Shown: positions 26,194-35,883 of the stretch, piece by piece
Layout: each line of letters begins with the position of its first letter
Numbering within the stretch: the first letter of the stretch is position 1
Virus record (IMG/VR): IMGVR_UViG_3300030106_006270
Location: 31,891 to 95,890 of that record
Direction: 5' to 3' (one strand)
From: a virus
DNA: 64,000 nucleotides
Position numbers and translations under genes: made by a program
Notes under the pieces: model-generated
Seen by the model: only the letters and a program-made list of their open reading frames with translations
Database searches by the model: none
What the model was told of the DNA's origin: nothing

Positions 26194-27211
26194 CGATTAA
26201 CCCCTCGAATATCATTTCTAAATAACTTCTACATCTCTTTTCATTATACATTGATTTTTTATAATTCTCTCTACACATAGAACTACACTCCTCATAAAAA
26301 TCATCATCTTTTAATTTATCGGCAAGCTCAATTGCACCACATAAATCACCATCGTCTACGGACAACAATGGATGTAAATCTTCTTGCGTATCTAATCCTT
26401 TATATCCAATACAAGGTATCCCATGAAATGCACAATTCAATGTGAATGTTCCAGCTGCGTGTGTTGGCATCATATGAACGCCTACATAGTATTGACTCAA
26501 AGTATTAATCCATTCTACCCAAGTCATATAGGGCAAGTGTTGTATATCCATCTCATCTTCTCTATCTATCTTTCTACCCATTGATGGTGCTGATATAGGC
26601 ATTTCAAATTCTCTAGCAACAATCATCGAATCGAATCCACCATACCATCTAACCATATTACCGCCAATCATAACTTTTTTCTCTCTGTAGGAAGATGGAC
26701 TTGGTAAGTCACCATATTTATCTATCAAATTATCTCTTTTCGATGTTATATTTAATTTTTCAGCTAACATTAGTGTTGGCATTTTTACAACAGATTTATT
26801 TGTGATACCTTTGTAGTAATTTACATCCTTCCAATTGTGGGCGAACAACATATCAAACTCTGTAAGGGAGTTGTACCACCAAATCTGTTGTTCCATACTG
26901 TAATCTTGAAAATACCAATGAGGGCCTTCCTGCATTGATATAGTTTTTTTACACAACTTCTTCAAATCACCAACCATATCAAACTTTAGTAACTGCTCTA
27001 TGTTTGTTTTAGGTAAAGTTACTATACCAATGTCGAAATGATTCTCACCAAAATGTTGTAGTACCTGTGGTAATTGAAAGATAGGATAATGTTCAGCCCC
27101 TATCAACCATTTAGTAGAAACATCATTTCTCATATTTGGATTATCTAAGGAAACCGTACCTTGCCATCCACCCTCTGTGAACCAAGCTATTTTAAGATCT
27201 AATAACCCCAT
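26186..27211 (-). CDS. Putative GT-B glycosyltransferase
   Basis: C-terminal GTFTLNCAFHGIPCIG resembles a GT-B donor-binding motif. Confidence 0.6.
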   Translation of the reverse strand: MGLLDLKIAWFTEGGWQGTVSLDNPNMRNDVSTKWLIGAEHYPIFQLPQVLQHFGENHFDIGIVTLPKTNIEQLLKFDMVGDLKKLCKKTISMQEGPHWYFQDYSMEQQIWWYNSLTEFDMLFAHNWKDVNYYKGITNKSVVKMPTLMLAEKLNITSKRDNLIDKYGDLPSPSSYREKKVMIGGNMVRWYGGFDSMIVAREFEMPISAPSMGRKIDREDEMDIQHLPYMTWVEWINTLSQYYVGVHMMPTHAAGTFTLNCAFHGIPCIGYKGLDTQEDLHPLLSVDDGDLCGAIELADKLKDDDFYEECSSMCRENYKKSMYNEKRCRSYLEMIFEGLIDE

Positions 27212-28104
27212 ACTAATTTTTCTATCTCCTCAGTTGTCATTTTTTCTGCACTAGCAGAGTTGTAAGGTTCACTCAATTTGTTCTCCTCTTCATTTTTTTC
27301 TGTTCTGATATGGATGTCATCTCCATAAATAAAAGTGCGAGATATTTCTCTTTCCGATATCAAATCCTCATCTGTTTTCTCGCCTGGTCTTTTACCAACT
27401 ATTTCTATGTCATCAGAAATAACTTTAGCTAAATCAAACATATTCACACATTTCATCTTATAGGACTTTACAAATCCACCACCACTTTCTTTAGTAAAAT
27501 CAATTGTTCTGTTTATTAGACTAGCAGCATCCTCTTTTGTGAATATCAATCTATTCATATTTGGGTCTGTAAGTTTAAGTGGATTACCCTCTTTTTTTAA
27601 CTTCAACCAAAATGGTAGTACCGAACCAGCACTGTGTGCCACATTAGCAAATCTGGTAAGTGAAAATCTGTTGTCATCTGTATTGGTATTCATAAACACT
27701 CTTTCCATTAAATACTTCGAAGCACCGTATACGCTTTCTGATAAACAGGCTTTGTCTGTACTAATACCAATTGTAATTGGAATGTCATTTATTATGCTAG
27801 CTTCTACGACATTCAAACTACCCATCACATTTACATTACATCCAGCTATTGGATTTAGTTCCATCAAATCAATATGTTTCATAGCGGCTGAATGAACCAC
27901 CACATCTGGCTTTACCTCTTTGAACACTCTGAGTAATAAAGATTTATCTTCTATATTACCAACATAACATTTAACATTTGGATAATCTCTTTTTAGGTTA
28001 GCTATATTCTCTTCATTTCTGCTGATACTGATATATTCATTATCGTTTTGTGCGATAAGAGCCTTACCTACAGTACCTGTTCCACCTGTTATTAATACTT
28101 TCAC
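27199..28104 (-). CDS. UDP-N-acetylglucosamine 4,6-dehydratase (PseB/CapD family)
   Basis: TGGTGTVG; HSAAMKHI; STDKA; YGASK; RFANV; RPGEK. Confidence 0.9.
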   Translation of the reverse strand: MKVLITGGTGTVGKALIAQNDNEYISISRNEENIANLKRDYPNVKCYVGNIEDKSLLLRVFKEVKPDVVVHSAAMKHIDLMELNPIAGCNVNVMGSLNVVEASIINDIPITIGISTDKACLSESVYGASKYLMERVFMNTNTDDNRFSLTRFANVAHSAGSVLPFWLKLKKEGNPLKLTDPNMNRLIFTKEDAASLINRTIDFTKESGGGFVKSYKMKCVNMFDLAKVISDDIEIVGKRPGEKTDEDLISEREISRTFIYGDDIHIRTEKNEEENKLSEPYNSASAEKMTTEEIEKLVWGY

Positions 28105-28105
28105 A

Positions 28106-28837
28106 TCAACTCCTAAATGCCATTTCGTTATTGTAATCTACTTTCATTCTTGGATAGAACTTTTTCTCTATGTATCTAAATATATCTTGGTCTTGTGAAC
28201 CTTTTGGGTAATCATCAGGTTGACTACCTAAGTAATCTCTATATTCATCCATAGTTACACCATGTGGTACAGCATATTTCATTCCTTCTTCTATCATTTC
28301 TTTAACAAAAGAAGTTCTTCCGATATAAACACCGCTGTTCAAATATCTATCCTTTTTATTGATGGTATCCACCCATTCTTTTACTTCTGGCATACAATTA
28401 TATCCATCTGTGGAATTAGTGGACATAAATAAAGCATCACAATCAAAAGATTCGAACATATCTATTACTCTCTGTGGTTTATCTCTCCATATAACATCAA
28501 TGGCATCTAAACACATAAAGTATTCTGTTGTGCATTCACCTGAATTAAAATAGTTATGTAGCATCTCAAACTTAAATGTATTTCTCCAAGGTAATCTATC
28601 ATCTCTGAGGACAACTAAATCCAAACCTAAGTATCTCATATTACTCTCTAAAATCGACTCTTCTTCATAGCCTGACAAATGTGGTATTATTCTATCTTCT
28701 AACGTACCCTCATTTCGACAAGTCACAATCGTTAGATTTTCAGGCATATCGAATTGTTTTAATTGATTGTTTACCAAATTTTGGAATTCTTTCTTAACTA
28801 TGTGTCGGTCATGCACAAGTGGTTGATTCATAACCAC
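28106..28837 (-). CDS. GT-A glycosyltransferase (PLOD GT-domain-like)
   Basis: DAIDV; RYLNSGVYIG; DQD. Confidence 0.7.
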   Translation of the reverse strand: MVMNQPLVHDRHIVKKEFQNLVNNQLKQFDMPENLTIVTCRNEGTLEDRIIPHLSGYEEESILESNMRYLGLDLVVLRDDRLPWRNTFKFEMLHNYFNSGECTTEYFMCLDAIDVIWRDKPQRVIDMFESFDCDALFMSTNSTDGYNCMPEVKEWVDTINKKDRYLNSGVYIGRTSFVKEMIEEGMKYAVPHGVTMDEYRDYLGSQPDDYPKGSQDQDIFRYIEKKFYPRMKVDYNNEMAFRS

Positions 28838-29709
28838 CCCATTTTTTCTAATACAGATTCTAAGTTTCTCAAATACTGATTACCATCGGCTCTGTGATTT
28901 TTGATAAATCCTCTTTCACCCTCTACACAATATTTACTAACTCTTTTAGTATTAGATAACCATCTTGTATTTTCAACTAAATTTGAATCGTACAAAAAGT
29001 TTCTAAAAGTACCAGCGTGCGTATTCCAAGCTGAAATACCATTATGTCCTACGCTATCTGTTTTTCCAACTCTATTTACTACCCCCTCTCCACCAGACTG
29101 ATACATATCGAATTTGTTATTAGGTAACATATCTATTAATTCTTTTTTGTAGAAACTAAAAGAACCTCTTGGTTCGAAAGCCTTTGGTATCTGTTCTGTA
29201 TATCCATTATCTAAAAACAACCAATTATCTAATTTTACAACCTCTGTTGGAAATTGATGTGCACTATATCTTTCTTCAACGATAGGTTTATGTACATCTA
29301 CTCCACTGACAATATCTACAAATAGCTGATTCGATAATATCAGATTGTCATCATGCGTAACCAAAACAAAGTCATACTCTGTGTAGTCATAATGCTCTGA
29401 CCATTGATTGAAACACTCCATATCACCAACAGTGTTATCTTCAATCATAAAGTTCCAACCTAAGTCTTCTATTTGTTTAGTTGTTATAGGATACTCATAC
29501 AACATTTTGTCTAATTCATCTAAGTAATTGTCGCTCTTTGAATTTCTGGCACTTTCTTTCTCTGATATTGTGTTATCATCCTCTGGCATTCTGTGGGCAA
29601 CACAATAGTAATCAATCTTCCAACCTTTTGGAACCTCTTGTTTTATCATTTCCTCATAAAAGTGAGAACTAAAATGCCAGCCTGTGGCAACTACTAATAT
29701 TTTCCTCAT
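28828..29709 (-). CDS. Putative GT-A glycosyltransferase
   Basis: THDD motif; cluster context. Confidence 0.5.
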   Translation of the reverse strand: MRKILVVATGWHFSSHFYEEMIKQEVPKGWKIDYYCVAHRMPEDDNTISEKESARNSKSDNYLDELDKMLYEYPITTKQIEDLGWNFMIEDNTVGDMECFNQWSEHYDYTEYDFVLVTHDDNLILSNQLFVDIVSGVDVHKPIVEERYSAHQFPTEVVKLDNWLFLDNGYTEQIPKAFEPRGSFSFYKKELIDMLPNNKFDMYQSGGEGVVNRVGKTDSVGHNGISAWNTHAGTFRNFLYDSNLVENTRWLSNTKRVSKYCVEGERGFIKNHRADGNQYLRNLESVLEKMGWL

Positions 29710-30263
29710 GAAAAATCCAAATTATACATATCGGAATTGTAAATAGCGGAAGCAGAATATTTAACATTTCCAGTTAGTATTTTATATCCAATTTTCTCTT
29801 TGATATCATACATACCACCACCATTATGTCCGTGTGAATCCCTTTCTTTAGAACCACCTTCAAAAAACACAACAGAACCATTTTCTATCTGTTCTTTTAC
29901 TCCATCATAGAGTGTAAGTAATTTTTCAGATGTATTATTAATGTCGAAATACATAAAGTCAAACTCTGTTGGGTTTTTTATCCAATCAAAGAAATCAAGT
30001 TTTTCCAATGTTATATATCTGGAAACACCCCAAGCATCATATTCTATCTGAGTAAGAGTTTTTTTACCCCAATACTTATCATCCCAAATATCATAAGAGT
30101 TTATGTATCCATCTATATCATTTTCATCTAAAGCCTTAGCCATAGTTACTGTGGTGTATCCTGCGCCAGGACCAAACTCTATTATCTTCTTAGGTTTTAG
30201 GGTGACTATAAAATCATATAAGATAGGCATCCATTCATACTTACCATGTGTAGGTATATTCAT
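29706..30263 (-). CDS. Class I SAM-dependent methyltransferase
   Basis: IIEFGPGAGYTT; YFDI. Confidence 0.8.
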   Translation of the reverse strand: MNIPTHGKYEWMPILYDFIVTLKPKKIIEFGPGAGYTTVTMAKALDENDIDGYINSYDIWDDKYWGKKTLTQIEYDAWGVSRYITLEKLDFFDWIKNPTEFDFMYFDINNTSEKLLTLYDGVKEQIENGSVVFFEGGSKERDSHGHNGGGMYDIKEKIGYKILTGNVKYSASAIYNSDMYNLDFS

Positions 30264-31195
30264 TACAAATTCTCCTTTACTTTATCTATAATGTATTCAG
30301 TTTCTAAAAAGGATAAGGTTTCATTCATTGGAAGACTAACAGTTCTTTTTTCTAACTTCTCTGATTTGGGGCAATCAGGTTGATTTCCATCATTGTATAT
30401 TGGATTTAAATGTAACGCAGGATAATGAATACCACATATTATTCCAGCATTTTTCATACTCTGAATGAACTTTTCATTATTTAAAACCTCTATTGTGTAC
30501 AAGTGTTTACTTTTATTTTCGTAACCAAGCTCTCTATTATATATATCAACCAAATTTCCCAACACCTTCATTTTTTTATCTAAATGTTCAAAATTTCTCA
30601 TCAAAACCTCAGCTTGTATTGAATTCATGTACATTTTGTAACCTGGAAAAGATATCCCACGCTCCCAATTATTTTGGGCAAAAGTCATTCCATTTAAAAC
30701 TGCTTCTTTGAACCACTTATAAGCTTTATAATCATCTGTAACAATAGTTCCACCATCTATCCCACCTAAAGGTTTAGTCGGATAATGACTAAATATCATT
30801 ATATCATTTGGGTTACACTCTTTTCTAAATTGATTCTTTTCTAGTTTTTGAGCAGAGTCAACCAATTTGTATGTTCTAAACTTATGTAAAATATATGAAT
30901 CACCAATCCACTTAACATTATCTGTAAACTTAACTTTGTTATGACTTGTAATAATAGCGTTAGCAACTACAGGCGGAATCATACTTGGTACTTTAACTGT
31001 GCGTGGTTTCAGAAAGTAATCCATAGTAAATGTTAAGAAAATAGCATTTGTCGCACTATTAACAGCACAAGCATATTTAGCACCTACATATTTTGCAATT
31101 TTTTTCTCAAATTTCAAAACCACATCATCATGTAGTATGTGGGAAAACTTGGAAGTATCTATTATGTGATTGTTTAGATTAAATAATTGAATCAT
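30263..31195 (-). CDS. DegT/DnrJ/EryC1/StrS PLP aminotransferase
   Basis: AVNSATNA; DSAQ; SHYPTKPLGGIDGG; VSLP. Confidence 0.9.
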   Translation of the reverse strand: MIQLFNLNNHIIDTSKFSHILHDDVVLKFEKKIAKYVGAKYACAVNSATNAIFLTFTMDYFLKPRTVKVPSMIPPVVANAIITSHNKVKFTDNVKWIGDSYILHKFRTYKLVDSAQKLEKNQFRKECNPNDIMIFSHYPTKPLGGIDGGTIVTDDYKAYKWFKEAVLNGMTFAQNNWERGISFPGYKMYMNSIQAEVLMRNFEHLDKKMKVLGNLVDIYNRELGYENKSKHLYTIEVLNNEKFIQSMKNAGIICGIHYPALHLNPIYNDGNQPDCPKSEKLEKRTVSLPMNETLSFLETEYIIDKVKENL

Positions 31196-31904
31196 CGATA
31201 ACCTTTTTCATTTTTGTTACATCAAGCGAACAATCAGTTGCCATATTAACATCTGATATATCTCTTAAATAAATAGGTTCTATGTTAGGATTTTCTTCTT
31301 TTACAAAGTCATAGACAGATTTCGACTCACCACCAACATTAATTATACCATTTTCACCCAATAACTTTAGAGTAATCTTAGCAGCATCCTCAATCCACAT
31401 CAAACTCTTTTTCATATCTTTAATAGCTTTCGGATGTGGAAATGGTTTTCTGTTCATAGCCATTCTTAATATCAAATGGTTGTCATACATTTGAACTGCA
31501 CACTCACCACCTAATTTAGACCATCCATACTTTGTAAATGGTTTCATAGCATCAGTTTCTTTATAGTTTCCATCCTTACCTTCATAAACATAATCAGTAG
31601 ATATATAAATTATTTTCTTATTATATCTTTCACACATTAATACCACATTAGAAGTTCCAATTATGTTTGTTTGTATACTTAACGATGGATTATCTTCGTG
31701 TATAACCATAGGTCTTGTAATAGCACCAGCATGTATTACATAATCAAAGTCATTTTGAGATTGATAAAAGTACCTATCTAGTTTCCAATAGTCTCTTATA
31801 TCGGCTTGTTTTTTTGTTGGTGTTAAAAATGAGTGTTCGTATTTTCCATACTCAACCAAATGTTTACAAAACTCCCCATCACCTCCTGTAACTAATATTC
31901 TCAA
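31179..31904 (-). CDS. RmlD-like NDP-4-keto-sugar reductase
   Basis: ISTDYVYEG; YGWSKLGGE. Confidence 0.85.
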   Translation of the reverse strand: MRILVTGGDGEFCKHLVEYGKYEHSFLTPTKKQADIRDYWKLDRYFYQSQNDFDYVIHAGAITRPMVIHEDNPSLSIQTNIIGTSNVVLMCERYNKKIIYISTDYVYEGKDGNYKETDAMKPFTKYGWSKLGGECAVQMYDNHLILRMAMNRKPFPHPKAIKDMKKSLMWIEDAAKITLKLLGENGIINVGGESKSVYDFVKEENPNIEPIYLRDISDVNMATDCSLDVTKMKKVIDDSII

Positions 31905-32542
31905 TCAAACTCCAAATTATTGTTAAACTTAGCTTTAATTTGTTCACCTTCTTTGTCCTTAGACCAGAACATAACTCCTAATGTTTTTCTATCCATACCC
32001 TTCGTAATCTCAGGTAATCCATGCCAAGAGTTTTCAGAACATTTAAATATATTTAATTGATTGAATTTGTAAGGTATAGTTCCATGCTCATCTCCATTAT
32101 GTATCTTTAAATCGAAAGATGAATCATATTCTTCTGATAAACAAAGTATAGCACTAAATTCTCTTTTCCAATCTCTGTGTAATCCATGATGACTAGCATC
32201 AACATGCATACCCAAATAACCACCTTCTCCATTTTTGTTGGGTGTAACCATCATACCACCACCATAATGAGACATATCAGGAAAACACTTAGTATCGAAT
32301 CCCATTAGTAAATCAGGATTACAATGTGTTGCTATGTAGTCTAATAAAAGTAAGGCAGGTGCTGGAACATTATCACGTCCCAATTTAGAGCAATATTGAA
32401 TTTGTCCAGCATCATCTCCACCATACTTTACCCAATCTTCAACCTCATCAAAACTCTCAGCGGCTGCCCTTACCAATGGTTCTGACGGATGAAAGTTTTC
32501 TATTGTCATAGCTGGATATGGTTTTTCAATTTTAGTTTTCAT
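31901..32542 (-). CDS. 2OG-Fe(II) oxygenase
   Basis: YGGG...HVD...SWHG...RKTL. Confidence 0.85.
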   Translation of the reverse strand: MKTKIEKPYPAMTIENFHPSEPLVRAAAESFDEVEDWVKYGGDDAGQIQYCSKLGRDNVPAPALLLLDYIATHCNPDLLMGFDTKCFPDMSHYGGGMMVTPNKNGEGGYLGMHVDASHHGLHRDWKREFSAILCLSEEYDSSFDLKIHNGDEHGTIPYKFNQLNIFKCSENSWHGLPEITKGMDRKTLGVMFWSKDKEGEQIKAKFNNNLEFD

Positions 32543-32945
32543 TCTTTAACCTTTTAAATTCATCATAGTCTTCAATGTAATCACTAGTATCATAATTTGT
32601 ATTTGATAAAACTAACAATACTGAACTTTCATTGTGATATACCTGTTCATCCCAAATCATCTCTGGAATGTATAATGCTTTGTTTGGTTCGTTCAAAATG
32701 TAGTTTCTTCTTTTCTTACCATCGTCACATATAACAGTCACCCCACCATTTACGGCAATTAAAATCTGCTTAGTTTTATGATGACTGTGCTTTCCTCTAT
32801 CATTTTGGTCGTGCACATCGTATACATAAAACATTCTTTTAACTTCAAATGGTATGTCCTTATCTAATTCAATTGGTGTCAACTTACCATCTGGTTCTGT
32901 AAATGTTTTTAATGTAAATTTTTTTACATCATCCAATGTTGTCAT
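32532..32945 (-). CDS. FdtA/QdtA-type dTDP-sugar 3,4-ketoisomerase (cupin)
   Basis: PFEVKRMFYVY; RGKHSHH; LLVLSNTNYD..DYI. Confidence 0.9.
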   Translation of the reverse strand: MTTLDDVKKFTLKTFTEPDGKLTPIELDKDIPFEVKRMFYVYDVHDQNDRGKHSHHKTKQILIAVNGGVTVICDDGKKRRNYILNEPNKALYIPEMIWDEQVYHNESSVLLVLSNTNYDTSDYIEDYDEFKRLKNEN

Positions 32946-33325
32946 TTATTTTCTGTTCCCCATTCTTCTCCAAAATGCCCAACAGCCACTCTGAACTCAT
33001 CTTTTGGATTATACTTCTCTGTCAAATAGTATAGTAAAATAGAATTTGGTTCTAATGCTTTATATCCGTGATAGACACCTGGTTTCATTTCTATTACTCT
33101 TGGATTCTTATCTGATAGATAAACAAACTCACAACCATCTTCCTCTGTAGCCATTCCAACTTTGAATGAACCTTTTAGACAAGTCCAATAATCAGATTGT
33201 ATATCATGTTTATGCCAAGCCACAATATGTTCCGTACTGTTAACATAAGATACATTTATCTGTCCATCAATAACTTCAAAGACATCTAATAACCTCTGTG
33301 CTCTATCGTCTTCATTATAATACAT
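32942..33325 (-). CDS. RmlC-like dTDP-4-keto-sugar 3,5-epimerase
   Basis: DDRA; AWHKH..Q; PGVYHGYKAL; YNPKDE. Confidence 0.8.
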   Translation of the reverse strand: MYYNEDDRAQRLLDVFEVIDGQINVSYVNSTEHIVAWHKHDIQSDYWTCLKGSFKVGMATEEDGCEFVYLSDKNPRVIEMKPGVYHGYKALEPNSILLYYLTEKYNPKDEFRVAVGHFGEEWGTENK

Positions 33326-33336
33326 ATCAATCTCCT

Positions 33337-34521
33337 TTACGAAAATGTCATTATTTTTGGAACATGAGTTATAAATTGTCCACCACTTTCTACGAACTCT
33401 CTCTCCGCATTAGCTATTAAACTTTTAAAGTTCCAAGCACCCAAAAAAGCGTAGTCGTAATCCAAAAGGTTTACTGAATCACGACTTACAACAGGTATAG
33501 AAGAGCCTGGTGCGATAGTTCCTTGTTTATCAGGCGTTGTATCAGTAATACATTCAATCAAATCGGGACCAATTTCACAGTAATTAAATACGGTTGTAGA
33601 TTTCGATGTGGCACCAATACTTACAACTCTCTTTCCATTAAATTTCAAGCCTCTTAGTAACTCAATTAACTCTCTTTTTGATTCCTCAACTCTTTCAGCA
33701 AACTCCACATAAGTAGAGAATTCATTGATACCAAAAAGTTTTTCGTTGAGTATATTATCACTCACGCTTTGCTTTATGGTATTATCTGATGGAATATCTG
33801 GTTTCTTAGCATATATTCTGTTTGAACCGCCATGCACTGATAGATTATCTACATCAAAAATAATCAAACCATTTTTTCTCAGAATATTATCTAATGCTGT
33901 GACTGAGAATACATGCGCGTGTTCATCATATATTTGGTCATATGAACCTCTCTCTAACATTCTGAGTAAAGATGGGTCTTCGAATACAAACACCCCTTTA
34001 TCACTTAACAATTCAGAAACTGCGCTGAAACAATCATCTAAATCTTGAATGTGGCAAATACAATTAGCAGAGTAAATTAAATCCATTTCCCCAACTGATT
34101 CTTTAATTTTGTTAGCTAAGTCAGTTGTCCAAAATTCTGTCCAAGTTCTGTATCCCATTTCTCCTGTCATTTCTGCAAAGTTATCACAAGGTTCAACACA
34201 AAAGGCATCTTCTTTTTTAAAGTTCGATATGAAAGGCCCGTCATTTGAACCAATCTCTAACACACTTTTTGGTTTGAATTCAGATGCTAACATTTCGGCA
34301 GTGCTTTTGAAATGATTAACCATAGGTGTAGATAAAGATGTGTTGTATTTGTAATCCTCATTGAACATCATTTCTGGCTTTACGAAGTCTTTCATAGACA
34401 CAAGTTTCGTTTCTTCATCAAAAACTACTTTCAAATCGTAAAAAAACTCTGACTCTTTCTCATCACTTCTAAAATTATTTGCTATAGGTTGTTTGCCCAA
34501 ATTTAAAAACTCTTTCTTCAT
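33337..34521 (-). CDS. NDP-hexose C-methyltransferase (TylC3/NovU type)
   Basis: LGKQPIANNF; EIGSNDG; YDQIYDEH; HGGSNR; GATSKS; AWNF. Confidence 0.9.
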   Translation of the reverse strand: MKKEFLNLGKQPIANNFRSDEKESEFFYDLKVVFDEETKLVSMKDFVKPEMMFNEDYKYNTSLSTPMVNHFKSTAEMLASEFKPKSVLEIGSNDGPFISNFKKEDAFCVEPCDNFAEMTGEMGYRTWTEFWTTDLANKIKESVGEMDLIYSANCICHIQDLDDCFSAVSELLSDKGVFVFEDPSLLRMLERGSYDQIYDEHAHVFSVTALDNILRKNGLIIFDVDNLSVHGGSNRIYAKKPDIPSDNTIKQSVSDNILNEKLFGINEFSTYVEFAERVEESKRELIELLRGLKFNGKRVVSIGATSKSTTVFNYCEIGPDLIECITDTTPDKQGTIAPGSSIPVVSRDSVNLLDYDYAFLGAWNFKSLIANAEREFVESGGQFITHVPKIMTFS

Positions 34522-35156
34522 TTTAACTCCTTGTTTAAAAATAGTAAATCTTTCTGAGATATTTCATCACCTTCATAGTGCTCACCTACGCTCATAGCCT
34601 CTTCAAAACCAATACTATTCATATATTTGATAACTTCATCACTTGTTGGCGCACCTAAATTATATTCCATATACGCTACTTCTAATATTACAGCAGTTGT
34701 TCTGCTAACCAAATTTTCACCACCTTTTAAAATATCTAACTCAGAACCCTGAGTGTCCATCTTAATCAATTCAAATACTTTTTCATCACTAAATATATCA
34801 TCTAATCTTTGTAAGGTTACAGTTTCTTCTTGAACAAGCTGTGGTATATCCCAATAATTAGCTTCTTTATAGTATGAATTACCCTCTGTATGTGGTTTGT
34901 CACTTCGAGTGTAGAAAGTAACCTCTCTTTCTACATCACCTAAAGCAGCTATCATATATTCATCGTTACTATTAGATGTCAGGTTTAGTAATGTGCTTTC
35001 GTGTATTTGATTAGCTTCTATCATAAAAACATTACAGTAAGGCCAAACTGATTTAGCCCATTTACAGAACTGTCCGGTGTGTGCACCAATATCTAAAACA
35101 TCTTTTGGCATTAATTGGATATCTCTTAATCTCATACCCTCACCATCTCTATACAT
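34518..35156 (-). CDS. FkbM-family methyltransferase
   Basis: DIGAHTG; IEAN; KMDTQGSELDILKG. Confidence 0.9.
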   Translation of the reverse strand: MYRDGEGMRLRDIQLMPKDVLDIGAHTGQFCKWAKSVWPYCNVFMIEANQIHESTLLNLTSNSNDEYMIAALGDVEREVTFYTRSDKPHTEGNSYYKEANYWDIPQLVQEETVTLQRLDDIFSDEKVFELIKMDTQGSELDILKGGENLVSRTTAVILEVAYMEYNLGAPTSDEVIKYMNSIGFEEAMSVGEHYEGDEISQKDLLFLNKELK

Positions 35157-35883
35157 TATTCAACTCCTCTAAGATTTCAACATCATCACAGACTCTTTTT
35201 ATCTGTGTATAGTATTGTCCACTATTTTCTTTGCCAGGCACACCCCAAGGTTTGTGTATTCCAAATGGAGCGTTGTCATCTAACGGATACATATAACTAC
35301 TGTCTATAGAAAAACTTAAAACCTCTTTTACCTTTGGTCTATCAGTAACGCAAGCAGAAACAAAATAGTCTTCACAAGGATTACCCCCATTAGCTAAATA
35401 TGATTCTAACTTATTTTCTATTATATCTAACATAAATTCTTTCTTTCTAAACGACACCCCGCCATTCATAACTCTGTCATATGTTTGTTCCAAAGATGAT
35501 ATATCAAATGGAAACCCCCACCAGCCACCAATGTAGTTATGGTGCATGTAATCATCTATTTTGTATTTCGAATTAGTACATAACATTGTATCACACTCAA
35601 AGTACAAAACATTATCTGCTACAACTTGGTTCCAAAATTTGCTGGTTAACATTATATCTAAACTTGACTCATCTGCTGTGATTGATTTTATGTTGAGATT
35701 AGTAAAGGTAGTTTTTTCAAAATATTTTTCATTTGAGATAAATTCATTTATGTATTCAAAATTATCAGTGCCATAAAATATTTGTAGTTGCCAATCATCT
35801 GGCAAAACTGACATTACATTATTTATTACGAATGGTAGAGCTTTATGTTTTCTAGTCTCTACTATTATCGCTACTTTCTCCAT
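35149..35883 (-). CDS. DUF5672-like glycosyltransferase-related protein
   Basis: IVETRKH; FECD; YIGGWW; NGGVSFRK; EDYF; FGIHKPW. Confidence 0.75.
   Translation of the reverse strand: MEKVAIIVETRKHKALPFVINNVMSVLPDDWQLQIFYGTDNFEYINEFISNEKYFEKTTFTNLNIKSITADESSLDIMLTSKFWNQVVADNVLYFECDTMLCTNSKYKIDDYMHHNYIGGWWGFPFDISSLEQTYDRVMNGGVSFRKKEFMLDIIENKLESYLANGGNPCEDYFVSACVTDRPKVKEVLSFSIDSSYMYPLDDNAPFGIHKPWGVPGKENSGQYYTQIKRVCDDVEILEELNNV

Noticed and set aside
31901-32542. Methylphosphonate synthase or HEP dioxygenase
   Set aside because: The motifs are those of a 2OG-dependent oxygenase, not the MpnS/HEPD family, so methylphosphonate production is not supported.
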